From Eubacteriales bacterium (GTDB lineage Bacteria > Bacillota > Clostridia > Oscillospirales > CAG-272), in contig JAZUBZ010000095.1 in assembly GCA_045638805.1 (NCBI GenBank), forward strand, positions 885 to 64,884: 64,000 nucleotides of DNA, given 5' to 3'. The translations under genes and the position numbers were made by a program. Numbering within the stretch: the first letter of the stretch is position 1; each line of letters starts with the position of its first letter. The notes beneath the pieces are model-generated. The model was not told the DNA's origin, did not search any database, and saw nothing but the letters and a program-made list of their open reading frames with translations. Of the stretch, positions 35,550 to 45,092 are shown in pieces.

Positions 35550-37478
35550 TTATCCTAAAATCTCTGCCACACTTCTTCTCACCTTATTGGGATGAGCGAT
35601 GGAAATATACTTTGTAACATCACCAATCATAACGTATTCACCGTCCGCGTCACGCTTTATCGGATATATGGAATACGCCGCAAGTCCATCCATTTCAAAG
35701 TCAAAATCCAGAACGGTATTGCTGTTTACTCTCGTGTACTTGCCTGTGAAATACTCGAAGGCAACGTACTCTGTCTCAGGGTCGATGCCGGGGACAACGG
35801 AAAGCTTAAAGCTGTCCTTTACACTGTGCTGTTTGATATTGTATACCGCAAGGGCGAAGTTTTCTCCGCTACGGTTCCATACCTTGAAGATATCACCGAT
35901 ATCGTACAAGCAGTCAAGGGTGGGATACGCACCATGGTCGCAGAGGTAATGCTCACCCTTATCTCCTACAGCGTGGCTGATGACCTCTGCATCGCAGGGG
36001 CCGGGGTCGCTTACGTAGTTGGGGCCGTCGTGTATCGCACGAAGCACCGCGCTATGGCGTGCCGTGCCCTTATCAGAGGACCACCACATATCAAAGTCAC
36101 AGTACATCGTCTTATCATGCCAAACAGCACCGAGGGCGTTGACCATGGTAAAATCGTGGAAACCAATGTGATCCGGATCATCCTCTACAGAAAAATCTCG
36201 GCTGTTACGGGAGATTGCGGACATAGGACGGGTAAACACGTTCTCAATGTCCATGCCCATACAGTTAAGAACTGCGCAAGTGCCGAAATTCTTAAGCGCC
36301 GCTTTTTCGATAATAGTGTGCATCTTACGTGTGGAAACGATTGAAGGCACTGCCCCCTCTACCATCAGCGGATAACAGCCTTGGCTGTCTATCTTTACAA
36401 AGTCAACTCCGCAGCTTTTGAGATATGCGTAAAAGCTATCCCACAGTGCAAAGCCCTTTTCTTCATCTGTTGACGGGATCCAAAGTCCCCTCGTGGTCTG
36501 CATAAGGTTTTCCTTCTGCTCAAGGAATGCCTCACTGCCCTCTTTAAAGCCGTGCCAATACACACCAATAGCGTGCCATAATCCAACATACTTTACGCCG
36601 TATTCGTTTTTGATACGATCGACAAGATATTTAAGACCGCTGTGGAATTTCACGGGGTCTTCGCGCATACCGGTGAGATGATGGTCGTCATAAGTCTGCC
36701 AGCCGTCGTCGATAAGCACCCAATTAAGGGGTACGTTATTCTTTTTATATTCGTCAAGCTTTGCAAAAACCTTTTCTTCAGTAATATCAAGCTCGTAGGT
36801 ATTGAAGGTACAGTAACCGAGACCTTTGAAGCATTCGGAAAGCTCTCTTTCACGTTTCAAAGGAACTTTTATACCACCCATATTTCTTGCAAAGTCGAAG
36901 TTGCGCTCGATGGCCTCAAACGGATCAGACGCGCGGGTAATAGCAAGGATCGGTCCTTTTACGCTATTATATCCCGTTGAGCCTATACTGATATGGTAAC
37001 CCTCACCGTCGAAATCACATCTGTAAATATCACCTGCAAGACCGAGAATATTATAGTGTTCATCACCGATCTTTACAAGCGCAGTATGGGTACGTCTGCC
37101 CAGATCCTTAAAGGAATGGCAAAGCTCGGGCTGAAGACAGCAGGTATACATATGGTAGTAATATCTGATTGCATCCGGACTTACGTTACCGCCTATTGAG
37201 AAATTCACGCCGTTATCGGGTTGAAATGTGGTAAATGGCTCGATCTTGTGCTTAAGATCAACACTGAAAAGTACGCTCTCGTCCACAACTTCAGCTATTA
37301 CCTTGAAATGCTCGTAATCAGATACTGAAGCTGTAAATACCGCACCATTCTCAGTTTCTTCAACTTCAAACTGTTCGATATTTTTGACACCATCATTACC
37401 ATATCCGCGAGTAAATCTTACGTTTGCAGATAAACCGTCCAGAAAATTGCTTACAACATATTTCAAAAAATCGTTCAT
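35550..37478 (-). CDS. GH36-like glycoside hydrolase (raffinose-synthase/Sip1-type alpha-galactosidase family)
   Basis: WVLIDDGWQ and DFVKIDSQG motifs are typical of the GH36 / raffinose synthase family. Confidence 0.75.
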   Translation of the reverse strand: MNDFLKYVVSNFLDGLSANVRFTRGYGNDGVKNIEQFEVEETENGAVFTASVSDYEHFKVIAEVVDESVLFSVDLKHKIEPFTTFQPDNGVNFSIGGNVSPDAIRYYYHMYTCCLQPELCHSFKDLGRRTHTALVKIGDEHYNILGLAGDIYRCDFDGEGYHISIGSTGYNSVKGPILAITRASDPFEAIERNFDFARNMGGIKVPLKRERELSECFKGLGYCTFNTYELDITEEKVFAKLDEYKKNNVPLNWVLIDDGWQTYDDHHLTGMREDPVKFHSGLKYLVDRIKNEYGVKYVGLWHAIGVYWHGFKEGSEAFLEQKENLMQTTRGLWIPSTDEEKGFALWDSFYAYLKSCGVDFVKIDSQGCYPLMVEGAVPSIVSTRKMHTIIEKAALKNFGTCAVLNCMGMDIENVFTRPMSAISRNSRDFSVEDDPDHIGFHDFTMVNALGAVWHDKTMYCDFDMWWSSDKGTARHSAVLRAIHDGPNYVSDPGPCDAEVISHAVGDKGEHYLCDHGAYPTLDCLYDIGDIFKVWNRSGENFALAVYNIKQHSVKDSFKLSVVPGIDPETEYVAFEYFTGKYTRVNSNTVLDFDFEMDGLAAYSIYPIKRDADGEYVMIGDVTKYISIAHPNKVRRSVAEILG

Positions 37479-37493
37479 ATCAATTACATCTCC

Positions 37494-38102
37494 TTACAAA
37501 TTATTCAGTGTTTTGTCAGTATGCGTATTTAATATTTTCAAAATCTCTCCTACAGGTATCTCACTGATCACAAGAGGCTCTGCCGGGTCCGTGGGATATT
37601 CCGTCAAAGGAAGCTGATACCACGACACTCCCCACCACCTGCCAAGCTTATAGCCCACGTTCGGAAATATTCCCGTATGCTCAAAACCGAGACCACGATG
37701 AAATGCGTCGCTTACCACATTGGGATAGGTAACGCAGGCAACTGCTGTACGGTAACCTTGAATACGTAATACATCAAGCAAAGCCCTGTACAGCACCTTT
37801 CCGATACCATGTCCTTGAAACTCATCCGCCACGTATACGGATAACTCACAGCTCCATCTGAAAGCGGCTCTTTCTCTGAAGTACGATGCGTATGCATACC
37901 CGACAATGCGGCTGTCCAACTCGCACACGATCCACGGGAAGCGGCTGTTTACCTTACGGATCCTATTTTCAAACTCACATACTGTCGGTACGTCATACTC
38001 AAAGGTCACAGCAGTTTCAGTCACGTACCGTGAATAGATACCGATTATTTGTTCCGCGTCTTCGGGTGTAGCAAGACGTAAGGTGAATTTTTCCTTCATC
38101 AC
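37494..38102 (-). CDS. GNAT N-acetyltransferase (phosphinothricin-acetyltransferase-like)
   Basis: LRLATPEDAEQIIGIYSRYV...TFEYDVPTV...FQGHGIGKVLY, a PAT-type GNAT layout. Confidence 0.85.
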   Translation of the reverse strand: MMKEKFTLRLATPEDAEQIIGIYSRYVTETAVTFEYDVPTVCEFENRIRKVNSRFPWIVCELDSRIVGYAYASYFRERAAFRWSCELSVYVADEFQGHGIGKVLYRALLDVLRIQGYRTAVACVTYPNVVSDAFHRGLGFEHTGIFPNVGYKLGRWWGVSWYQLPLTEYPTDPAEPLVISEIPVGEILKILNTHTDKTLNNL

Positions 38103-38620
38103 TTTATTACTATTGCTCTGTTTGCAAACTTTTCAAAGTCTGCGTGAAGCTCTCCGTCAGGATAACCGAGAATACAGTTACCTACACCGTAAACTTCTTC
38201 GTCTATACCCCACTGTGCCAGCAGTTCACGACCTTCTTCTGTCTCGAAGGTCTCACGTGCTCTGTGTATCCAGCATCCGCCAAGGCCTATGGAATATGCC
38301 GCAAGGAGCATGTTTCCAAGAACAAGACTGGCGTCCTCAAGGGAAGTTCTGCTTGACTTCTTCGCAAGTACAACGGCAACGGTAGGCGCACCGTAGAACG
38401 GGTCGTTATCCGTACCCATTACAGATGCGTTTATACGGGAAAGCTTTGCTATCGTCTCTTTGTCCTGTACTGCAACGATTATTGTAGGCTGAAGATTTCT
38501 GCCTGAAGGTGCGGCAAGACCCGCATCTATAACGCACTGAAGTTCGGCGTCCGTTATCTGTTCACACTTATAAGATCTGCAGCTTTTTCTTTCAAGCATC
38601 GTTTTAATAGTCTCGTTCAT
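38099..38620 (-). CDS. nitroreductase family protein
   Basis: MNETIKTMLERKSCRSY start and APSGRNLQP. Start set at 38620; the 38-codon extension to 38734 has no support. 4-nt overlap with the GNAT gene. Confidence 0.85.
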   Translation of the reverse strand: MNETIKTMLERKSCRSYKCEQITDAELQCVIDAGLAAPSGRNLQPTIIVAVQDKETIAKLSRINASVMGTDNDPFYGAPTVAVVLAKKSSRTSLEDASLVLGNMLLAAYSIGLGGCWIHRARETFETEEGRELLAQWGIDEEVYGVGNCILGYPDGELHADFEKFANRAIVIK

Positions 38621-38772
38621 ATTGGTACCTCTTAAATCAATTTTCCGTTCAAATCGGTGACAAACACCGTCAACCCAAGTATAGCAGAAACTGCGTGCTT
38701 TGTCAATCACGGATACAGTATTCACCACGTACAAAAAGAGACAGCTGCATTAGCTGTCTCTTTAGTTATAGA

Positions 38773-40860
38773 TTACTCTTTGTCTTCGTCGTCGGAGTCA
38801 TCCTTCTTTTCAATACTGCGGAGATACTCTTCAAACGTCATTTTACGGGGATCCTTTGTGTCTCCCTCTGATGCTTTCTTTGCTTCTTCAGCGGCTCTTT
38901 GAGCCTCTCTTTCAGCTTCGGCAGCCTTTATTCTTTCGGCACGCGCCTTGTTTTCCTCTTCACTGCGGCGGCGCTTTTCGGCAACCATTTCCTCAAGCTC
39001 TTCAACAGAAACTTCCTCATTCATGGCACGCTCAAACTGCTCCTGCTCCATGACCTCATTGCGGACAAGGAAATCCGCAATAAAGTGAAGCTTGTCGATG
39101 TTTGCACGGAGAAGCTCTTCAGTTCTCGCATACGCCTCCATGATGATCTTTTTGATCTCGGAGTCGATCTTTGCGGCAGTCTCTTCAGAATAGTTCTTGC
39201 TTGAATTGAAGTCACGGCCGAGGAACACCTCGTCGTTAGAATGCTGTGACCCGTAGAGGATAGGACCAAGCTCGTCACTCATACCCAGCTTCATGACCAT
39301 GTTTTTGGCAATAGCAGTAGCTCTTTCGATATCGTTAGATGCTCCGCCTGAAATATCGTCGAAGATGATCTTTTCAGCAACACGTCCGCCGAGAAGCTCG
39401 CAGATCTCATCCTTCAGGCCGTTCTTGTATACGCTGTACTTATCCTCTGTAGGAGGAGTGAGAGTATAGCCGAGAGCGCGTCCACTGGGAATAATGGATA
39501 TCTGGCGTACGGGATCAAGCGAATGAAGCACATGTGCGATAACAGCATGACCTGCCTCGTGATAAGCCGTTTTTCTCTTTTCCTCGGGCTTGATATGATT
39601 ATTCTTCTTAGGCATACCTACGATGATCTTAGTTGATGCCTCTTCGATATCGTTCATACCGATGAGCACTTTACCCTTGCGCGCTGCAAGGAGTGCCGCC
39701 TCGTTAAGGAGGTTGGCAAGGTCTGCACCGGTAAAGCCTACTGTTGTCTGAGCGATACGCTTAAGGTCAACATCATCCTCAAAGGGCTTGTTTTTCGCGT
39801 GTACCTTAAGTATTTCTTCTCTACCCTTAAGGTCGGGATAGTTTACGGTGATCTGTCTGTCAAAACGTCCGGGTCTGAGAAGTGCGGGATCAAGGATATC
39901 GGGGCGGTTTGTTGCCGCGATAACGATAACTCCCTCATTTGTTCCAAATCCGTCCATCTCAACGAGAAGTTGGTTAAGCGTCTGCTCACGTTCATCGTGA
40001 CCGCCACCGAGACCTGCGCCTCTGTGACGTCCTACAGCATCGATCTCATCAATAAAGATGATCGCCGCAGGATTCTTTCTTGCGGTGTCGAAAAGGTCAC
40101 GTACACGTGATGCTCCCACACCGACATACATTTCAACGAAGTCTGAACCGGAAATTGAGTAGAAAGGAACACCTGCCTCACCTGCAACAGCCTTGGCAAG
40201 GAGAGTTTTACCCGTTCCGGGAGGGCCCATCAGAAGCACACCGTGGGGGATCTTCGCGCCGAGCTTTGTAAAGAGCGCAGGGTCGCGGAGAAACTCAACT
40301 ATCTCCTCAAGCTCTGCCTTTTCTTCGTCAGCACCGGCAACGTCCTTGAAGAACACCTTAGCCTTATCGGGATCCATAAGCTTTGCCTTGGACTTTCCTA
40401 CAGCGCCCATCTTTGAACCCTTACCGCCCGTTGCCTGATTCATAAAGAATATCCACAGAACGATAAATCCTACACCAACTAACACATAGGGGATAAATGA
40501 TACCCATACGGGAATCTGCTTGGGCGCGGGGAAATCATATGTCTCAATTATACCCGCGCTGTGCTGCTCAGAGATCAGCTCATTCATATCATTGTAGAAC
40601 AGTTCGAGACTTCTCAACGTATAAGTTGCCTTTTTGGTAGTCTCGTTACCCTCGGAATCAACCGATCTGAGAGTAAGCTCAATCGTGTTGTTCTTGTCAA
40701 CAACAAAGCTCTTTACCTGTTCGTTTTCAAAATACTCACGTACGGTGCTGTATACTACGTCCTTCTTCCCGGGAACGTTATCCCAGAGAGCGGCAGTTGC
40801 AAAAATAATGACCGCTATGAATAATATATATATCAGCGTACTTTTAAAACTTTTCTTCAT
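38773..40860 (-). CDS. ftsH: ATP-dependent zinc metalloprotease FtsH
   Basis: Two TM helices, GPPGTGKT, the SRH region, the HEAGHA zinc motif, and an acidic C-terminal tail. Confidence 0.95.
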   Translation of the reverse strand: MKKSFKSTLIYILFIAVIIFATAALWDNVPGKKDVVYSTVREYFENEQVKSFVVDKNNTIELTLRSVDSEGNETTKKATYTLRSLELFYNDMNELISEQHSAGIIETYDFPAPKQIPVWVSFIPYVLVGVGFIVLWIFFMNQATGGKGSKMGAVGKSKAKLMDPDKAKVFFKDVAGADEEKAELEEIVEFLRDPALFTKLGAKIPHGVLLMGPPGTGKTLLAKAVAGEAGVPFYSISGSDFVEMYVGVGASRVRDLFDTARKNPAAIIFIDEIDAVGRHRGAGLGGGHDEREQTLNQLLVEMDGFGTNEGVIVIAATNRPDILDPALLRPGRFDRQITVNYPDLKGREEILKVHAKNKPFEDDVDLKRIAQTTVGFTGADLANLLNEAALLAARKGKVLIGMNDIEEASTKIIVGMPKKNNHIKPEEKRKTAYHEAGHAVIAHVLHSLDPVRQISIIPSGRALGYTLTPPTEDKYSVYKNGLKDEICELLGGRVAEKIIFDDISGGASNDIERATAIAKNMVMKLGMSDELGPILYGSQHSNDEVFLGRDFNSSKNYSEETAAKIDSEIKKIIMEAYARTEELLRANIDKLHFIADFLVRNEVMEQEQFERAMNEEVSVEELEEMVAEKRRRSEEENKARAERIKAAEAEREAQRAAEEAKKASEGDTKDPRKMTFEEYLRSIEKKDDSDDEDKE

Positions 40861-40915
40861 CTTTTAGGGTAACCATACCTTTCTACACTATAATATTTAC
40901 TGTTTACTAAAACGG

Positions 40916-41470
40916 TCAGGATAAAACTCCGATATAGGGAAGTCCTCTGTACCGCCCCTCAAAATCAAGACCGTATCCCACAACATACTCGTCAGGAATC
41001 TCAAACCCAACGAAATCGGGCGTAATCCCGACGACCCTCATTGCGGGTTTATCAAGGAGCGTACAGATCATAACGCTGTTCGCCCCGCATTTTTTTAAGT
41101 AATCCGTAAGACGGGAAACCGTTCTTCCGCTGTCGATAATATCTTCAACTATGACGATATCCTTTCCCGTAATGTCTTCCTCTGTAAGTCCGAGAATTAT
41201 ATCAAGCCCCATACCTTCGCCTTCGGGCATCACCTTCATAAAATCGACTTCAACAGGGGATTTTATACGCTTTATCAGATCTCCGAGAAATACTACGCTA
41301 CCCTTCAGTATTCCCAAAAGGAACAGCTTTTTTCCGTCAGAGTCTTTAAAAATTTCTTCGGCGTACAGATCGATCTCGTCCGCAATACGACGAACCGCCG
41401 CATCAATCTCAACCTCAGAAACAAGAAGTCTTACTCTGCTGTCCGCAGTATTTTCATTTCTATCAGACAT
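40916..41470 (-). CDS. hpt: hypoxanthine phosphoribosyltransferase
   Basis: IVIVEDIIDSGRT PRPP-binding motif. Located between tilS and ftsH. Confidence 0.92.
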   Translation of the reverse strand: MSDRNENTADSRVRLLVSEVEIDAAVRRIADEIDLYAEEIFKDSDGKKLFLLGILKGSVVFLGDLIKRIKSPVEVDFMKVMPEGEGMGLDIILGLTEEDITGKDIVIVEDIIDSGRTVSRLTDYLKKCGANSVMICTLLDKPAMRVVGITPDFVGFEIPDEYVVGYGLDFEGRYRGLPYIGVLS

Positions 41471-41525
41471 TTGAAAATCTCCTCAAAATGATAAAAATCA
41501 CAAAACGTTTGTAAAACTGAAAATA

Positions 41526-42932
41526 TCATCCGCGTTTTCTGTATACGAGATGACAAATACCAACATTGTCCGTGGGCTTTAAGTCATCCCGCACGGGAAA
41601 ACCCGGTATCCAGACTATGCCTTCGTCATCACACACAAGCGGAAGTGTATCTCTCTCTGCCTGAGGGATCTTTCTGTCGCAAAACAGCCTTTTCACCTTA
41701 CGGGTCATTCCGCCGAAACAGAAAACGTCCCCGTTCTCACGGGTCCTTATTTTCAGCTTACCCTTTATTTTATCAAATTTTATCCCTTTGTGTATAAATA
41801 AATTGTAAATATTTTCTTGATTTTCGGAGGACAGTATTTTAACGTCATCCGTCAGAATAACTTCTCCGCCGAAAAATTCTGCAGGAACGTTCTTTTCAAG
41901 AAATACGATCGGCCTCTGTATACGGGTACTGCTTTTTTCACGTTTTTCAAACGATACCGTTCTGCCGTCAGTCACGAAATATATCCCCGAAGGAACACTT
42001 ATACGAAACGTGTCTGTATCCCTGTCAAGTCTGTCAATAATTGCATCAACGTGTACCTTTTCAAGATGAGCGGAAACTCCTACGGATAGTGCATATCTGT
42101 CATACATCTTTACAAGCACTCTTGACTTTACTGCAGTATGCAGTTTTTTCAGTTCTTCGCATGTAACCTTTGACTCAAAGCCTGCAAGAAAGCTTTCAGC
42201 TTCTCCGTCCAAATAATCCTCATCCGTTTTTAAAACATTACACATACGCATAACTGCCGCCTGAGGCATGGGACTCATCATTTTCAGGTGAGGAACTATA
42301 TTGTGCCTTATATAATTACGTGTATAATCAGATTCGAGATTGGTACTGTCGGTAACGTATGGAATACCGAAGCTTTCGCAGGACGTACGGATATACTCTC
42401 CCGTCATAAACAGGATAGGTCTAACGTATCTTCCGTCGCGGATACTCGGTATACCGCACATTCCCTTGAGCGCCGTACCTCTTACAAGATTGAATAGTAC
42501 CGTTTCAAGATTATCGTCCGCATTATGAGCTGTAAAGACGTAGGCTTTCACGCCTTGAGCCTTGTTTTCTTCGATCATTTCACGAAAGAAAGCGTACCGT
42601 TCCCGCCTTGCTACCTCTTCCACACTTCCTCCACTCTTACAAAGCGAGGGAATATCCACTCGTCTCACAGTACAGCGGACACCGAGACGCTCTGCACTAT
42701 CACGGCAAAACGCTTCGTCGCGGTCAGCCTCCGCTCCACGTATCATATGATTCAGGTGAGCGGCCTCTACAGTTACACCGCGGGGCATAAAATAGTCCAC
42801 GGTCAGGTGAAGAAGGAGTGATGAATCTGCACCGCCGGAATATGCTACGATGATCTTGTCATTTTCGGAAACGTCAAATCCGTCGATAGCGTTTATACTT
42901 TTTTCAAATTCTGAAAGCAGCTTATCCATCAC
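41526..42932 (-). CDS. tilS: tRNA(Ile)-lysidine synthetase
   Basis: VAYSGGADSS PP-loop, and a C-terminal TilS domain (WIPGFPV). Confidence 0.9.
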   Translation of the reverse strand: MMDKLLSEFEKSINAIDGFDVSENDKIIVAYSGGADSSLLLHLTVDYFMPRGVTVEAAHLNHMIRGAEADRDEAFCRDSAERLGVRCTVRRVDIPSLCKSGGSVEEVARRERYAFFREMIEENKAQGVKAYVFTAHNADDNLETVLFNLVRGTALKGMCGIPSIRDGRYVRPILFMTGEYIRTSCESFGIPYVTDSTNLESDYTRNYIRHNIVPHLKMMSPMPQAAVMRMCNVLKTDEDYLDGEAESFLAGFESKVTCEELKKLHTAVKSRVLVKMYDRYALSVGVSAHLEKVHVDAIIDRLDRDTDTFRISVPSGIYFVTDGRTVSFEKREKSSTRIQRPIVFLEKNVPAEFFGGEVILTDDVKILSSENQENIYNLFIHKGIKFDKIKGKLKIRTRENGDVFCFGGMTRKVKRLFCDRKIPQAERDTLPLVCDDEGIVWIPGFPVRDDLKPTDNVGICHLVYRKRG

Positions 42933-42947
42933 GCCACTCCTTTCCGC

Positions 42948-43247
42948 TTATTTTTGAAGATACTCCAAAAGACAACCGAACCCTGCGACGATAACGCAGG
43001 AAGCCAGCAGATGTTCGATCATTTCGGGTATCGCCGTCATTATACCAAGAGTTTCATCCGGAGATATAACGAGGCGTGCTGTCTGAAAGAATATGTACAC
43101 AGCCATAAAACTGACAAGGGTCCACATACATCTGAGAATCAATTCGAAATATCTGTCTGCATTTATTTTAATCTGCACAGTTAATACCATCCCTATTACA
43201 AATATAGTCTTCGGGTATATTGTATCACGGGAAAATTCCCGTATCAA
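42948..43247 (-). CDS. questionable small membrane protein
   Basis: 99-aa ORF with a TTG start, no clear RBS, and a hairpin at its 5' end. Hydrophobic segments are present. Could be non-coding. Confidence 0.35.
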   Translation of the reverse strand: MIREFSRDTIYPKTIFVIGMVLTVQIKINADRYFELILRCMWTLVSFMAVYIFFQTARLVISPDETLGIMTAIPEMIEHLLASCVIVAGFGCLLEYLQK

Positions 43248-43275
43248 GTGAAAATGGATGGTTCTATATATTATA

Positions 43276-44871
43276 CTACCCTACACAGTTAATTTCAACA
43301 GTATTTGGAAATTTATTCTTTTTACATGTGGCTTTTATCCCAAACATGCCAAGGGCAAAACACGTACACAGATAAATACCTACAAACAGTGCGATGCGCA
43401 GAGGCTCAAGGCTGCTATTTGCCGTCACATCTGACAAGGCTGACACCGCAATAACGGTAAGAACGGCTACCACCGCAGGAGGTAAGACCTGACGCAGGAT
43501 ATCTACTCCGACACCCACTACCCGTCTCAGTCTGAAAAGGCTCAAAATACAATTCATGCTTTCACAAACATACACTGAGACGATATACCCCTTGATTCCA
43601 AAATACGGGATAAGCAAAACCGATAAAATAAGGCTCAAAGCGGAATCCGCAATATTTATCTTCATGGAATACACCTGCTCACCCACGCCCTTCAGAATAC
43701 AGTCCACCGTCATATCGAAATACATCACGGGGATCAGTGCCGACGTAATACGTATGTACTCTGATGCTGATGCGCTGTGATACATAGCTTCACCGAAGTA
43801 AGGAGCAAAGGCAAACATCACGGCTGAACATCCCACCGAATACGTCAGGACGGCAGAAAACACTCTTTTAACAAGTAACTTCATCTCACTCTTTTTACCA
43901 AGTGTATTAAGTCTTGCGAACTCCGGCACTAAAAGTCCCGCCGCCGCGGCTATAACCGAAGACGGAAACAGTATCAGAGGAAATACCATTCCCTGCAGTA
44001 CTCCATACACTGCCAAGGCTCCGGTCCCGCCCATGCCGCTTTTCCGAAGTCCCCTCGGAATATACAAATGCTCTGTTGTGGAAAAGCCTTGCCTGACGTA
44101 AGCACCTGCCGCCACGGGAAGCGCGATTCCTGCTACAACAGAAAAATTCGTTTTTTCGCTGTATATCATTTTCCCTCTGATGCTACAGCAAGTGTCGCGT
44201 CCAAATCCCGTAAAAAACATAATAAGATTTATCACAAGTGAAAATCCTTCGGCTACAGCCGCGCCGCCGACTACAGCAAGACAGGCATACTCAACACTGT
44301 CCATAGAAGACGGTACTGCAAGTAAAAAGAGCGTTGTGGTCAGGGTGATCTTAAAAGCTTGTTCAAGCAGCGATACCGCTACGTTTTTATATACTTTCCT
44401 CACACCCGTAAAATAACCCGACAACGCAGAGCTTACCGATATTGCGGGCAGGCTAAGTGCGAGAACACGCAAAGACAAAGTACATCTTACGTCTCCGAGA
44501 AATTTGAATGACACGACGGGCGCAGTTAAATACAGCAAGATCCCTGTTGTCAGACTGAAAAGCAGACTGTATGATACGCATTTGCCAATTATCCGCATAC
44601 TGCACCTTTTTAACTCTCTCGATGTTCCCTCTCTTTCACACAGTACAGCAAGCCTTTCCGCAGTCAGTCTTACCGACGCAAGATTCACCCCCGAAGTTGC
44701 AAAGGTTACGGCAAGACCGTACATACTCATGGTGAGAGTTAAAAGTCCTGTTCCCTCTTCACCGAGCTTTCCCGTAACGTAAGTGTTAAAACTGACCACC
44801 ACCCACCTGAGAAATATTCCCGTTGAGGCAGTCAAAATAAAGTTGAGCCAAAATTTCCGTCTGTTTTCCAT
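43276..44871 (-). CDS. SpoVB-like polysaccharide/peptidoglycan-precursor flippase (MOP superfamily)
   Basis: 531 aa, about 14 TM helices. The N-terminus resembles SpoVB/MurJ-type proteins. Confidence 0.8.
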   Translation of the reverse strand: MENRRKFWLNFILTASTGIFLRWVVVSFNTYVTGKLGEEGTGLLTLTMSMYGLAVTFATSGVNLASVRLTAERLAVLCEREGTSRELKRCSMRIIGKCVSYSLLFSLTTGILLYLTAPVVSFKFLGDVRCTLSLRVLALSLPAISVSSALSGYFTGVRKVYKNVAVSLLEQAFKITLTTTLFLLAVPSSMDSVEYACLAVVGGAAVAEGFSLVINLIMFFTGFGRDTCCSIRGKMIYSEKTNFSVVAGIALPVAAGAYVRQGFSTTEHLYIPRGLRKSGMGGTGALAVYGVLQGMVFPLILFPSSVIAAAAGLLVPEFARLNTLGKKSEMKLLVKRVFSAVLTYSVGCSAVMFAFAPYFGEAMYHSASASEYIRITSALIPVMYFDMTVDCILKGVGEQVYSMKINIADSALSLILSVLLIPYFGIKGYIVSVYVCESMNCILSLFRLRRVVGVGVDILRQVLPPAVVAVLTVIAVSALSDVTANSSLEPLRIALFVGIYLCTCFALGMFGIKATCKKNKFPNTVEINCVG

Positions 44872-45092
44872 AAGATACCCTTACCTCTTCAGCTGATTTA
44901 TGTCTTCACCTCAAATATTATGTGAACACGTTCCTCACAAAGCACAAAAACGAAACATTTTTCATTTGTAGAAGAAAATTAACTATTTATCCTTTGACAG
45001 ACAGCGGAATATATATTATAATGTTTATGTATAGTTACATTACCCTTTGTGTGGATATCAATATCAGCAATTTGAAAAGGATGATGCTCAAA

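Noticed and set aside
38621-38734. 38-codon N-terminal extension of the nitroreductase.
   Set aside because: The family homology begins at MNETIKTMLERKSCRSY, and the extension has no RBS support.
44922-45092. 57-codon N-terminal extension of fbp suggested by the ORF track.
   Set aside because: The FBPase class 3 homology starts at MTNDKYLAVLSDVYP. The ATG at 45093 has a GAAAAGGA RBS, and the extension is AT-rich with no RBS.
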